Source: Lama glama | Taxonomy: Eukaryota | Length of the DNA stretch: 64,000 bases | Reading direction: 5' to 3' | Assembly: GCA_028534125.1 (NCBI GenBank) | Contig: CM052816.1 | Location: 74,836,001-74,900,000, forward strand | Shown here: piece after piece, positions 1-12,800 of the stretch | How positions within the stretch are numbered: position 1 is the stretch's first letter | How the letters are laid out: the number at the start of each line of letters is the position of its first letter | Notes under the pieces: generated by a model | What the model saw: the letters and a program-made list of their open reading frames with translations, nothing else | Databases searched by the model: none | What the model was told of the DNA's origin: nothing | Translations under genes and position numbers: made by a program

Positions 1-70
1 ACAGGGAACTATATTCAATATTTTGTAACAACCTTTAATGAAAAAAAATACAAAAAAGAAAAAATAAAAC
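1..70 (+). mobile_element. L1 3'UTR end with A-rich tail (continues upstream of window)
   Basis: ACAGGGAACTATATTCAATATTTTGTAACAACCTTTAATG is near-identical to 648-687 in the next L1 copy and is followed by an A-rich tail. Confidence 0.8.
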
Positions 71-322
71 AGAATGATCACTGAAGAAACAAAGCCTGTG
101 AATCTGAGAGTAAGAAAATATTATGCCATAATTTTAATTTGCCTTTCCTACATATGTGAGTTTGAATAATTACATATGTTATACTGTTGATTTCAATTTC
201 TTTTCTGCAGGTTGTCCTCTTCTATTCATTTACTATATGCTTGTTGAGTATCTTGCATATAACATGCTTGCTTTTAGATAGATCTAGAATACAGCAATAA
301 ACAAGTTATGGAAGTTCTACTG

Positions 323-405
323 TAGGAGTTGGCACACGATTGTCTGCGGGCCAATTTTGTCTCACTTCCTATTATTGTAAATAGTTTTATTGGAACACAC
401 ACAAG
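323..405. mobile_element. MER58-like hAT-Charlie DNA transposon fragment
   Basis: AGGAGTTGGCA...GCGGGCCAA...TTGTAAATAGTTTTATTGGAACAC resembles the recalled MER58A consensus. Confidence 0.55.
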
Positions 406-481
406 AGATAAACTTTCAGACATTCTTCTTACTTAAAGTTAAAAGGAATTGAGGGGCTACATTGACAGTCAGTTACCATGA

Positions 482-797
482 GATTGTTTACTAAGTCTGC
501 GAGCCTGTTTCTGTTTTGTAGATGAGTAAACAATCTTATGGTTACCAGGGAAAGGGGGTGGGAGGGGATAAATTTGGGAGTTTGAGATTTGCAAGTGTTA
601 GCCACTATATATAAAAATAGATTTTAAAATAGTTTCTTTTGTATAGCACAGGGAACTATGTTCAATATTTTGTAACAATCTTTAATGAAAAAAACATGAA
701 AACGAGTATATGTATATATATATGCATGACTGGAACATTGTGCTGTACACCAGAGATTGACACATTGTAATTGACTGTGCTTCAATTAAAAAAAAAA
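482..797 (+). mobile_element. 5'-truncated, 5'-inverted L1 (3'UTR only) with poly(A) and 15-bp TSD
   Basis: TSD AGTCAGTTACCATGA at 467-481 and 798-812. Inverted segment 482-522; sense 3'UTR from about 523 with G-rich tract and A-tail. Confidence 0.9.
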
Positions 798-834
798 AGT
801 CAGTTACCATGATAAAAATTTGTGTGCCAACATG

Positions 835-935
835 AACCAACCAATTAACTTCTCTAAGCCTCATTTTCCTCATCTGTAAAGTGAAACATTGGACTATAAA
901 ACGTCTAAAGATTTTTCAGCTCTAAAGTCCTATGA
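835..935. mobile_element. MIR SINE fragment
   Basis: MIR core-like AACTTCTCTAAGCCTCATTTTCCTCATCTGTAAAGTG. Confidence 0.7.
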
Positions 936-1459
936 CTCACTCATGGACCTTTCATTTATTTGCCTAAAGATAAAATTAGTCCCTTGAGAATTAATTTCAA
1001 GAAGCCAAGTATTCAGAGAAAGGTTATAGGCAATGAATATGAATAGATGAAAGACTTGAAAGATAAATGAACTGTGAATATATCAAGAGAAAAGGAAAAG
1101 AGGAAGGTGGAGACTCCAGGGTGTAGAAACAACATAGGCTAGAGGATGATGCCTCTAGATAGGAGACTGACCCACTGTGGACAAAGAGAATTCATTAGAT
1201 ATTTGTGAGCAGATGACTAATAGTGGCACTACCTGGATTTCATGCAAAGAAATAAAGAATGTTGACCAATTTGAAGTGTCTGGAGAGTTGTTTAGTAATT
1301 GCTTAACTTTTTGAACACAAGAGCTATCACAGAAAAGAAGGAGGGAATAAGAATAATATTCAGATAGATGAAGTAACCCTTTTGCATATCTACATAAGCC
1401 ATCTGCACAGCCTATTCCCATGTATAATCATGAGCGGAGGGCAGGAACACTGTGATTAG

Positions 1460-1680
1460 GAATACATAATTGCATCTTTAGATACTTGAATTACAGCTCC
1501 AACACTCTAGCATAAATCTGTAAAGTGTATCTAAACTCTCTTCTGTAAAGTGAGGATCTAATAGTACATCCTTTTCAGGATTGTCATGAGGTTTAAATAA
1601 AATAATACTTGTAAAATATACAGCCAGTACTTGGCATGTGCCCAATAAAAGCTATCAATTACAACAATAATAGATGTTAT
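1460..1680. mobile_element. MIR SINE fragment
   Basis: CTGTAAAGTGAGGATCTAATAGTAC...AGGATTGTCATGAGGTTTAAAT...CAGTACTTGGCA. Confidence 0.65.
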
Positions 1681-2296
1681 TTTTATTACTATTAATATAA
1701 TCACTGCTTGAGTCAATGTCAAACAAATGTGAGAATAACAGGGGTATCCAAAAGCTAGATATGGGCAAGAGGATGGTTGGAGCTGAATAAGTTCTTCTTA
1801 AATTGAGTAGTTGCTGTTGATAATGGTTTCTGTGAAATGAGTGACATTTTGTGGGTGATAAATTTGGATTTAGATAGGTGATTATAGGCACAGGACAATC
1901 CAAAGCTCAAGGGCTGTATTGGGCAACACATCCCCTGAGATCAATGTCTCTCTAATCCCTTTTGTACATTCAAAATTTTGAACCACCCACCTTTTGACAT
2001 GTTGAGAAGCACTATTAAAACAGGAAAAAATATATTAAAGCCAGGAATATTGTGAAATTTGCTTCTCTGGGCTTGAGTTTTTTTAAACATTAGTTCCATA
2101 GTCCTTTCGAGCACTAGTGGGCTGTGTCTTCTGAACTAAGTCATTGACATATCTTTCTAAAACTAAAATTTATTTGAAAAATTCACCCATGTTATATCAG
2201 AGCAAACCAAGGTATTGACACAGTATTTACTATAAATATGAATGTTTTAGGGAAAAAACAGCATGATCCTTTGTAAAGCTATTACAGCAAAACAAC

Positions 2297-2462
2297 AGAA
2301 AAAGAAGAGGAAGAGGCAGAGGAAGAAGGAGAAGGAGGAGGAGGAGAAGAGGAGGAGGAGGAGGAAGTGGAAGAAGAAGAGGAGGAGGAAGCAGAAGCAG
2401 AAGAAGAGAAAGAAGAAGAAGAAGGGGAAGAGGAAGAAGAAGAAGAGGAAGAAGAAGAAAGA
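2297..2462 (+). repeat. (GAA/GAG)n polypurine simple repeat
   Basis: About 165 bp with only 4 pyrimidines; explains the K/E/R-, F- and S-rich ORFs at 2247-2521. Confidence 0.95.
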
Positions 2463-2619
2463 CTCGAAAAGACAGAAAGAAAATTCATTCTGCAAAAACA
2501 AAAGGAAGTAAAGTAAAACAAAACAGAATTAACTTAATCCCAAAAGAAAAACATTTCCTGGTCTTTTTTCTATAGAACATCTGAAATACAACATGAATTT
2601 AATCAAGTAGGTATCAAAA

Positions 2620-3480
2620 ATGAGGTGACAAAACAACAGAATGAGATTTTTTAAAAAAGGAAACTAGAGAGCCCAGGAAACAAATAAAGAGCAAAAGATA
2701 TGCCATTTCAGGATGAGAAAATAAATAATTAGCAAGAAAAGAGCAAAAAGAACTTAAAACCAAATTAATAATGTAGAGGGAAAACTTGAGAATCCTAGTG
2801 AATGAAGAATAAAAAGATAAATAAAAGATAAAGCAATTAGTGGAAAATGAAGATAGATAAATGGATAAAAAAAGAATAATTGTTATTGATGGATAAAAAT
2901 TTATAAAGCTATAATGAGAATATTTTCTGAAATTAAGGTAGAACAAAATCTGTAAATTCAAAGGGCGGATTGTGTTCAAGGAATGTATGATTCAAAGTGA
3001 CTGACACTAAGATATATACTTGCAATTTAATGAAATCTGAAAGATAAAGAAAAAATTCTTAAGGTATCTAGGCAGAAACATAAGTCATTTATAAAGGGGA
3101 AAGATGGTTTAATGTTTCTCCCCAACAACTGTAAATATCAAAGACAATGGAGTAACACCTCTAAAATTCTGAGAGAAACATAATATAATTCAAGGATTTT
3201 TTTCTGTAGCTACACAGCTGTTCGTATATAAAGAAGCAGATAGACATTACAAACACAAAGAACTGAGAATATTCTAAGTATGAGCTGTTTGTAAAAAGCT
3301 GCTTGATGAACTCCTGCCAACCAATGTCTCTCACCAGTAGAGACATAAAAGTACTGGTGGCGAACACAGACTCCAATGAAAACTGCTCTAAAAAGTGGTA
3401 GGAAAAAGTTCACAGATAATAAATTCTAAATAAATAAATTCCATAAGCCAAAACAATACAAAAATAATAATGTTATAAAT
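2620..3480 (+). mobile_element. Ancient L1/HAL1 ORF1-region relic
   Basis: A-rich plus strand with degenerate ORF1-type motifs (AAAGATAAAGAAAAAATTCTTAAGG, AGACAATGGAGTAACACCTCTAAAATTCTGAGAG). Confidence 0.55.
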
Positions 3481-3574
3481 ACACATTAGAATATTTCTTT
3501 CTTCTATCTCACTGGGAATCAACAGATACTGTCTAAAGTTGACAAACCAACAAACAAAAGTTTATACATTTCAA

Positions 3575-4803
3575 AACTATCACTACAGTAAGTCTACTTG
3601 TCATCTGTCACCATGTTGTTACAGCAAAGATGTTACGTAATTATTTGACTATCTTCCCCACACTGTACATTTCAAACCTGAGACTCATTTATTTTCTGAC
3701 TGAAAGTTTGTAGCTCTTAATCTCACTGATCTATTTCTCTCTTCCTCCCACCCTCGCCCCTCTGGCAACCACCTGTTTGTTCTCTGTATCTATGACTCTG
3801 TTTCTGCTTAGGTATATTTGTTCTTTTGTTTTATGTTTTACATGTAAGTATGTAAGTGAAATCATACAGTGTTTGTCTTTCTCTGTCTGACTTATTTCAC
3901 TTAGCATAACACCCTCTAGGTCTATGTTGTCACAAATGGTAAGATTTCAGTCTTTTTTATGGCTGAGTAATCTTCCACTAGTGTATGGGTGTATACACAC
4001 ATATATATGTGTATTTACATGTGTATATATATATATATACACACACACATATATGTACCCACTCCTTGGCTATTGTAAATAATGCTGCAATGAATATAGA
4101 GTGTATACCTCTTTTTGAATTAGTGTTTCCATTTTCTTTGTCTAAGTACCCAGGAGTGGAATTGGTGGATCGAATGGTAGTTCTATTTTTATTTTGAGGA
4201 ACCTCCATTCTGTTCTCCATAGTGGCTGCACCAATTTACATTCCAACCAACAGAGTAGGAGGGTTCCCTTTTCTCCACACTTTCTCCAGCATTTATTATT
4301 TGTACAATTTTTGATGGTGGCCATTCTGACTGATGTGAGATGATACCTCATTGTAGTTTTGATTTGCATTTCTCTAATAATTAGTGATGTTGTGCATCTT
4401 TTCATATACCTGTTGGCCATCTGTGTATCTTCTTTGGAAAAATGTCTATTCATGATTTCTGCCAGTTTTTAAAATTGGTTTGTTTATTTTTTTGATGTTG
4501 AGTTGTATGAGTTCTTGGTACATTTGGGATATAAACCACTTGTCAGATATATCATTTGCAAATAACTTCTCCCATTCAGTAGGCAGTCTTTTTGGTTTGT
4601 TTGTAGTTTCCTTTGCTGTGCAAAACTTTTTAGTTTAATGTAGTTTCATTTGTTTATTTTTGCTTTGCTTCCCTTGCTGAGGAGACATATCCAAAAAAAA
4701 TATTATGAAGGTTGATACCAAATTACATACTTACCTATGTTTTCTTCTAGAATTTTTATAGTTTCAGGTCTTAAATTTAAGTCTTTAACCCATTTTGAGT
4801 TGT
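3575..4803 (-). mobile_element. L1 (L1MA-type) ORF2 3' end plus 3'UTR, degenerate
   Basis: Minus ORF 4142-4453 [20 protein letters not shown]...[14 protein letters not shown]...[16 protein letters not shown] is the L1 ORF2 C-terminus; contains a (TA/CA)n microsatellite at about 3990-4055. Confidence 0.92.
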
Positions 4804-4829
4804 GTACTAGCAGTTAATACAGAGTTATA

Positions 4830-5235
4830 TATATAGATCAGTCACACTTCAAAAAAAAACTCATAGAAAAAGAGATCAGATTTGTGACTATCAGAGGTGG
4901 GGCAGGGGGAATTGGATGAAGGTAGTCAAAAGGTATAAACTTGCAGTTGTAGGCTAAGTAAACTAGGAATTTTATATACAACATGATAAAGATAACACTG
5001 CTGTATGTTACATATGAAAGTTGTTAAGAGAGTAAATCCTAAGAGTTCTCATCACAAGTCAAAAAAAAATCTATTTCTTTAATGTTGTATTTATATGAGA
5101 TAATGGATGTTGACTAAACCATTGTGGTAATCATTTTACAATATATGCAATTCCAATCACTATATTTTATACCTTAAACTTATACAGTGTTATATGCCAA
5201 TTATATCTCAATAAAACTGGAAGAAAAAAATAAAT
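4830..5235 (+). mobile_element. L1MA9-like 3'UTR fragment
   Basis: GATGAAGGTAGTCAAAAGGTATAAAC...GAGAGTAAATCCTAAGAGTTCTCATCAC...TATCTCAATAAAACTGG followed by an A tail. Confidence 0.8.
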
Positions 5236-5920
5236 AGTTTTGCCTTTTTCAAAATGTCATAGTTGGAAAAATACACTATGTATACTTTCCAGATTGGCTT
5301 CTTTCACTTAATAATAAGCATTTCAGGCTCTTCCATGTCTTTTTATGGCTTGATAGCTCACTACTTTTTAGCACTCAAAAACATTTTGTTACCAGTTTGG
5401 TAATATTTATCCAGTTTGCTCATTTATATTCCTACTGAAGAATATCTTGTTGCTTTCAAGTTTGGGCAATTTTGAATAAAGCTGCTATAAATATTCTTGT
5501 ACAGGTTTTTACATGAACATAATTTTTAAACTCATTTGGGTAAATACCCAGTAACAGAATTTCTGGGTCATGTGGTAAGAGTATGTTTAGTTTTGCAAGA
5601 AACTTTCAAACTGTCTTCCAAAGTGTCTGTACCATTTTGCATTTCCACCAACAATGAATGAAAAATTACTGTTGCTTATAGCTAACATTTGGTGTTGTCA
5701 GCCTTTTGGATTTTAGCCATTCGGATAGGTGTGTAATGGTATCTTATCACTGTTTTAATTTCCATTTCTCTGGTAACATATGATGTTGAACATCTTTTCA
5801 TATGCTTATTTGCCATCCATATATCTTTGCCAAAGAAACCGTTTAGAGCTGTCACCTCTCTTGTAATTGGGCTGTTTGCAATTGGGTTGTTTCTTTTTGT
5901 TTGTGTTTGTTTCCAGGAAA
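5236..5920 (-). mobile_element. L1MB/MC ORF2 end and 3'UTR relic
   Basis: Minus ORF 5682-5936 KDIWMANKHMKRCSTSYVTREMEIKTVIRYHYTPIRMAKI is L1 ORF2. Confidence 0.85.
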
Positions 5921-6449
5921 ATTTAACACCTTCCACATTGACCTGATTTTGCTGCCTTCAAAGGGGTCCCATCCCTCTTTTAATTGTCCTCAAAGGCACT
6001 TAGAATAATCTCTTCAGTAGGTTTATCCTTTAGGAAAACAACTGCCAGGAAAGAACTTATCTTTGAAGAGAGGAAGGTGGGTTTGGGGAACACAGAAGGA
6101 AGACTTTTCATTTTATAATTTACTCTAATTGAATTTTTCCCATATGCATATAATTACCTTTATTTCTGAAATAAGGAGGTTAAGAAACAAAACTACCATA
6201 AAGACAAGAGGAGAAACAATCATAAGGAACCAGTAGCAGAAAGTCCCACTCTTTTCTAATGTGATTTCTCATTTACTGCTTACTTTGGCTGTCGGCTATT
6301 GTTAAAATGAGAATATCACACAAGAGAAAGTAAAGAACTAAAAAAAAAATAGTAAAAAACTCATTAGCAAGATTTTGAAGGGGAAATGATAATTAAAAGA
6401 TACAAGAATTCAATTTTTTTAAAAGGGAAAAAAAATACGGTAAGATTTA

Positions 6450-7020
6450 CGTAATATACAATGGGCTCCTGCTCAGTTTCCCACACGAACCCTCAAACAG
6501 CTGAGCTGCCTATTGGGCCAACTGACATACTTCAAAGTCCAACGATCCTATTCCTGGGCTCTCAGATGTCTGACTTTCTTCACTTGGCGCGCTTCCCCTA
6601 AGAAACTAATAGCCCCAGGTAATGCCTATCTTATCAGAGTCAAATCCCATCGCTCTTCATGGACCCTAAACCTCACCTACAACCAATCAGAGACTTGTGC
6701 ACAAGCCAATCAGGCACCTTGTGACCCGACCTTATAAAACACCCCACAACTGGCCCTCGGTGCTCACACAGACACTTCTCGTCTGTGTGGCCCACTGTTG
6801 CCTATAGCAGCGTAACTATTGAAACTTTCCCTTGTTCTTCACCCTGGTGCTCACACAGGCCCCTCTTGTCTGTGTGGCCCGCTGTTGTCTATGGCAGTGT
6901 ACCCTAATAAACTCCTTTCTACTCCCATACTTTATCTCTGGTAAAGTCTTTTACCAACCCACGCGTCACCATGGCACTGTCGGACCACCACCGTTGTGCC
7001 CATAACGCTGACTTCTAACA
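6450..7020 (+). mobile_element. Endogenous retrovirus solo LTR (relatively young, CpG-retaining)
   Basis: U3-R-U5 layout: CCAAT at 6683 and 6706, TATAAAA 6733-6739, AATAAA 6906-6911, ends ...CTAACA. About 16 CpGs against a depleted background. No TSD resolved, so ends are approximate. Confidence 0.8.
6681..6740 (+). promoter_or_regulatory. LTR core promoter: two CCAAT boxes plus TATA
   Basis: AACCAATCAG, GCCAATCAGG and TATAAAA in canonical order; 12-bp palindrome CTTGTGCACAAG (6694-6705) lies between the CCAAT boxes. Confidence 0.65.
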
Positions 7021-9189
7021 TGCAGCCCCACTAAGGCTGGGAAAACAAGGGAGATGATACTGAAGAAGAGGATATTTTATTTGTTTCTGGTTTTAGTTCT
7101 AACAAATTACTGGCTAAGAGAACAATAAAACAGTTTCCTTCATACCGAACTAAATACTTGAATGCTTCGCAGAATTTAATTAAAGAGAAATTATCACCCA
7201 ACCATGAGCTCTCACAGGTGTCCCTGATTGCAAGACAGTCTAGCTTTTCCTTGAAACAAGATTCAGTGTAGAAATGAAATGTCTCTCCCCTTGGGGCCCT
7301 GCAGCAGCTACTGCCAGCACTGAGTTAGGGTGCATGTCTTCCTGGCTAGCTGCCTTTGCCCTTCCAGAATGATAAGCCAAAGGATAGGCAGAAGGTACAA
7401 TTCCAACTCCCTGCTGAGAAAAATGTCAACATTCTCAAGAACTTCTAGCTCTCATCTTAAGAAAGAAACATAACGAAAACAACCACAGCAAATCCCCAAA
7501 CCTCACCATTACTGCTATATATCTGGCAACAATTTTATTTAGGGAAAAAAAAGAGAGGAAAGCTTAGAACTCCATCATCGGGGGTGGGGGGGTGTAGTAA
7601 AGGAAGAAAATGCCATTTTCTTGGAAAACTTCTTCCCAAATGTCTTCTTGAGAGTGAGTCCAAATAAAATGCATGGTGTTTGCTTTTCAGCAGAAAATCT
7701 CTATCAAAATACTGCATGTAATGGCAGAATTGCTTCTACTCCATTTTTAATTAAACAAATAACCATAAATAACATCCTGGGCTAGTTATGCCAGGGCCTT
7801 ACTGTTTCTCATATTAGGGAGAAAGTTCCAATAAAGAAGTAGTTTTAGTGATATAGCTTGGTTACTGGCCCCATCTCCTTAAGATTCAACCTAGCCTTTC
7901 TCTGAAAATATCACCCTGCCCTGTATTCCTTGGCTCTGAAATTCAAATCCAGTTGGATATTGGTTCTGCTTTCTTAAAGCAATTCCTAAAGTTCATAGGA
8001 GGATTTGACAGAGAGCCTTTAAGTCAGAGTTCTGCTTTAGGGAAGCAACGTGAAGTATTATTCAATTCAATTTAACAAACAGTTTTTATGTAAGGCAAAA
8101 TTCTTCAAAAAGCCTAAGATATTCTTTGGTATATTATCTCTTACACTGGAGAGTAGAACTACAGCCATTTCTGTTTCTAATACTATGACCTGAGGTCTGC
8201 CCACTTCTCTATATTCATCTTATTGACATTAACCATCATCACACATGAATTGTTGAACTATTATATGTCCTCCATAAAGGCTGCTGCACTCAGTGTAAGA
8301 TAGGATTTTTTAAGAAAAATCAAATTAGAACAGGCTCTCAGAAGCTTATAAATGTTTGGGCACTTGATATAGGAATGTCATTTTTGTTGATTTTACCTCA
8401 ACAAGTCATCTTATGTGGAGAAAGAAAGAAATTTTTTAAAACTGACATACAACAATATTAATCCTAGCACTATTCATAATGATGACAATTGAAACACTAT
8501 TCATAATGAAAAAACCTGAAAATAAATTTAAGGTCTAAGAATTAGGGAAAGGCTAACAAAAATTCCCACATGAAAATTTTGTAACAATTAAAACATCAGT
8601 TTATCAAATATCTGAATTATTGTGGGACAATAATTACTTAATGGTTAATTATTAGAACTATGTTAAAATATACATGCATAAAAAACTGGAAATAAACATG
8701 CCAAAGTGTTATCAGCGATTGTAATGGAACTAGGGATAGTTTTAGTATGACTTTTTCTATCCATTTATATTTTCCAAGTGATCTCTCATGGACTTGTATT
8801 ACTTTTATAATTTCTAAAAAGGCATGCTTTTAAAATTTGAGCAAATGAAGACTACATTTTGGTCATAAACCTCATATGTTATGAAGACTTGTTTTTCTTG
8901 AAATGGTTACCAGTTCATGAGTTGATGTAAGACCCAGAAGAAAAGCAGGAAACCAGCACCTCTGAACCTCTTGGAGGAGAAAATGGAGTTGGCAGAGGTA
9001 AATGGCTCTCTTTCTCCCTGAGAAATTAGATGACAACCAGAGACCAAGAAAGCATCTATAGTTACAGGGAATAGACATAGGAATTAGCAGGAAAAAAGAG
9101 ATCCTGAAAAATGAGGTGTTCCTTCCAAAACAATATCACTTCGTATTTGAAGGCATTTCACAGTTGATGAAGCACTTCAGAGACATACT

Positions 9190-9345
9190 CTCACGCTATT
9201 TTTTCAACCAATCTTTTAGAGAAGTATAATTATTTTGATTTTACATATCATGAAGCTGAAGCTTAGAGAAGTTAAGTAATTTGCCCAAAGTCACAAAGCT
9301 CAACTCAGGCTTCCTGATCCTCAAGTTAGGCTCTGTCTGCTCCCA
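9190..9345. mobile_element. MIR SINE fragment
   Basis: GCTGAAGCTTAGAGAAGTTAAGTAATTTGCCCAAAGTCACA. Confidence 0.7.
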
Positions 9346-9894
9346 CACTGTTACCTAATGCACTACATGTCATGCATGATGCTACCCACGTGCAAGGTCC
9401 ACTGTAGGAACTATAAGGGAAACAAAAATGTTGGAAGCATGGTTTTCATCTCCATGAGCTGATGACCTAACAGATGGAACCAGACACAGAAAAACTGTCT
9501 AAGAGCACAGGTCATATTTAAATGCCAAGTCGGTAGTGCAGACAGAAAATGCTGTAAAAGTTGAGAGGAGGAAACATTAGCTGTAAGCAAAGGTGACTGT
9601 GAAATGATGATCTGGTTATCAGGGAAGGAAGTGGAGAAGGGAAGACGGTGGTGTGGCTGCAGTGGGGAGAAGAGGAGAGCGAATCAAGGAGCAGAAGTGA
9701 CGTCAAACCATCTTCAATTATCTTTTGTAGTCTGCATGGAGAGTCACTCATCCTTTTTCCAATATAAGCCATTCAGTCATAAGTAAGCAGTCATGTAGTT
9801 TGGTGGTTTTGCTTTTTTAGTGGCTCATCACAAAGAAATACAGTTATTGTGCACTTTTCTCCTTCATTATCTGAGAGGATGAATTTCTCCATTG

Positions 9895-10430
9895 ATTAAT
9901 TTATCCAACTAGCTACATCTCCTGTGTGCTGATGATGACCCAAACATTGGCACTGGTATGGCACTGAGTAAGCAAAGTGCAATAAGAAACTTCACCGTCC
10001 TGAAAGTACCTACTTGCCAGAGGGAGAGACTTAATGTTTCAAATCCTAACAATTATTTGGGTAAGGATAGAGATAGAAACTTGGCAATTTATGAGGTAAA
10101 GGAGGAGAACCTACCCCTTCATGGATGGGGATGTGGCATTAGGGGGAGCTAGTTAAGGACAAATTGAAATTACCTGGCAAAGAAGGGCAAAAGGATAATT
10201 TCAGGCAGAGGAGTCCACATGGCTAAAGTCAAGGAAGCAAAGGAAGGCTAATGTGCCAGGAATTGCTAAGAATTTGGTGCTTTCAAAGATCATAGTGAAA
10301 GGAAAGGGGAGATGAGATTAGGGAATTAAAATATAACAGATTAGAGTGGATCATGCAAGCCATTTTTAATGGCTGAACTTTAATCTGTACAGAATATGGA
10401 GATGCACCAGAGTTTAAAGCAGGGTATGGG
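9895..10430 (-). mobile_element. L2 LINE relic
   Basis: Degenerate antisense L2 motifs (TTTCAGGCAGAGGAG...GCTAAAG, TTTAATCTGTA, TTTAAAGCAGGG). Confidence 0.5.
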
Positions 10431-12432
10431 TAATGGGTAATGTAACTAGTAACACCACGCTGTACTATACTTTACATTACTAAGTACATGCAAAACATTT
10501 TGTCAAGTTTTGTGGGACAATATTTTTCATTTTTAAAAAATAAATAATATGAACCTTATGAAGTTTATTTGAATTCCTTTGTCATAGCCTCAACTTCTAC
10601 CTCATTGATTAAAAATTTAGAAGAAATTTAAGAGAACTTGATTAAATACCCTTAATATGACAGATGTTTCCTGTTTATTCTCTACCAAGATTTGGGTTTG
10701 GTTTGTCTATGTCACAGAAGGACTATAACACAACAAGTCGTTGTAAAGGCCTATGGGATATTGTTCAGCTGCTTATCCAGAAAAGGAAGGATGAATATAT
10801 CCCAACAGGATAAACCAATACCCTTTGAGGATACATTTTAAAGAGGGACAAAATGTTTTTCAACTTCTGCGAAATATTCCTGTATATTTAATGAAAAAAT
10901 TAAACAAAACAAAAACAAATACAAACAAAAAGAAATCTTTAAATTTTTTGTTGTTTCGTTGTTAGCTTTCAAAAATTTTATTATAAATGAAGAATTATAT
11001 TTTTCTAAAAAGTATGAATGTTCTAGTTGCCTGGCCTCAACTAGGAATTATGAACTGAGTCCTGTTCCTGCAGCTGATTTTCTACCAGGTGTTATGAAAA
11101 GTAGCAGCCTTTATATGACTCAGAGTCTATTAGAATTAACTCTGGAGTTGTCCTGGTTTCTTGAAGGAAAAAAAATATGGAGAGATATCCACACTTTTAA
11201 GTGAAACCTGTCTTAGAGGTATGAGGACCATGTGGTCAAAGAATTTAGAATGTGATGATGGAACTTTTCAGATTATCTGAGTCAATATTCTCTTTTGACC
11301 ATTGTGTCTGAGGCCTAGAGCAGTGATACTTTGCATATCGTTACACTAGGAGTTTTCAGAAGACCTAGAATGGACTGGTTAGTGTAGATGGAGGACAAAG
11401 ATCACACAGATGAAAGGAGGGTGAGAAAAGGGGGCATTCTGAAGGCCATGGACCTTGAATCATGATGGTTCTTTACGGGATGGGGGAAAATGGCACCTTT
11501 TGGAGTTTAATGCTTATGTTACCACTAGACTCTGCCTGCTTAATGACAGTTCCCTCAGGTTGGTCCTCTTATCTCCCCCATCCATAGTCTGACTCAAAAT
11601 CCCTATTTTTGTTAGAATCTTTGTCTTTGTTTTTTAGTTCAACTGGTAACAACAATGTGGCAAGAACAGTATATTCTCTACACTCTACCCGTCAGACATT
11701 ACCACCTGGTCATGGCTCATTTCTTCACTGAGCCCAGACTTAGCCTTAGAATTTGTCACAGTCTAGCATTCTGGGCAGACATTGCCAATGGATCAAACTT
11801 AGCCCATTGGCTACAATTTCTTTGCCATCTCTGGCTTAGAATTAAAGGTGGACATATTGCTTCCAAAAGTTCTCTGTTGCACTGGAAATATGGTGAGATA
11901 TTTTTATTTAATACATTCTTTTCAGCTGAATACTCAGTTTTCACTTGAGCCTACTCAGAGAAGTATTTCCCCACCTGGCTGAGAGATGGTGTCAAATGCT
12001 TCACTCTGTGTCCTAGCTCTAGAAGCTCTTATCCCAAAAAGCTGACTTTCTTTGGTTTTACTTTTCCCTGTGCTAGTTACTTTCATCATTCTGCCCACAG
12101 GGAGGAAGATATTAACAACCAGTGTATAAATTTTTTAAAAACCTCAATTTATTAAATAAGCAATAAAAGCCCTACCCTTTCCCCTGAGTTTGTACAAGGT
12201 GTCTAGTTAAATTTGGCCTGTGTGAGCTCTGGTTTCCTTAGTTGGTGGCAGAGAGCAGAGAGTTTTCTTTTCACCTCTCACCCCGACTATCTGTGACCCT
12301 GCACAGGGTGGTTCTGTGAATCCCCTGCATAGTTTTGGATAAGATGAATTTGCCCTTGCTTCTGCCTGGTTGCTGTAGCTCTCTCCATGTGGCTGCCATT
12401 GTTTCCTTTGGGGGTACAGGTAGAAGAAAGGT

Positions 12433-12800
12433 TATTCATTCATTCAGCAAACAAATGCATACTGAACACCGCCATGAGCCAGGCTCTATGCTAGGGACTG
12501 GATTTGCTGTGGTTAGTCAAATAGAAATGATTCCTGGCCTCAGGAAGCAGAGTTCAGTGGAAGAGACAAGCAACAAACAAACAGACATAAATGACATATT
12601 TGCATAGTGTGATAAATGCTTTGAAGGACAAAAACATGAAATTATAAGAGAATGTATAGGAGAATCCATTTACATTGGGTGATTGAGAAAGACATCTTTA
12701 TATGGAGACCAGAGGATGAGGAGTTAGTCAGGACGAGCCAGGAGGAGAAGTATTCCCTCAGAGGGAAAAGTGTGAGTGTCTGCCCTGAGGTGGCATTTGA
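12433..12800 (-). mobile_element. L2 3' end
   Basis: ATTCATTCATTCAGCAAACAAATGCATACTGAACACC...GAGCCAGGCTCTATGCTAGG is the L2 terminus. Confidence 0.8.

Noticed and set aside
2247..2521. K/R/E-rich, F-rich and poly-S ORFs
   Set aside because: All are translations of the GAA/GAG simple repeat
8912..9004. Exon-like purine-rich stretch ending GAG|GTAAAT (DPEEKQETSTSEPLGGENGVGR)
   Set aside because: The available acceptor gives stops in all frames and the peptide is unrecognised
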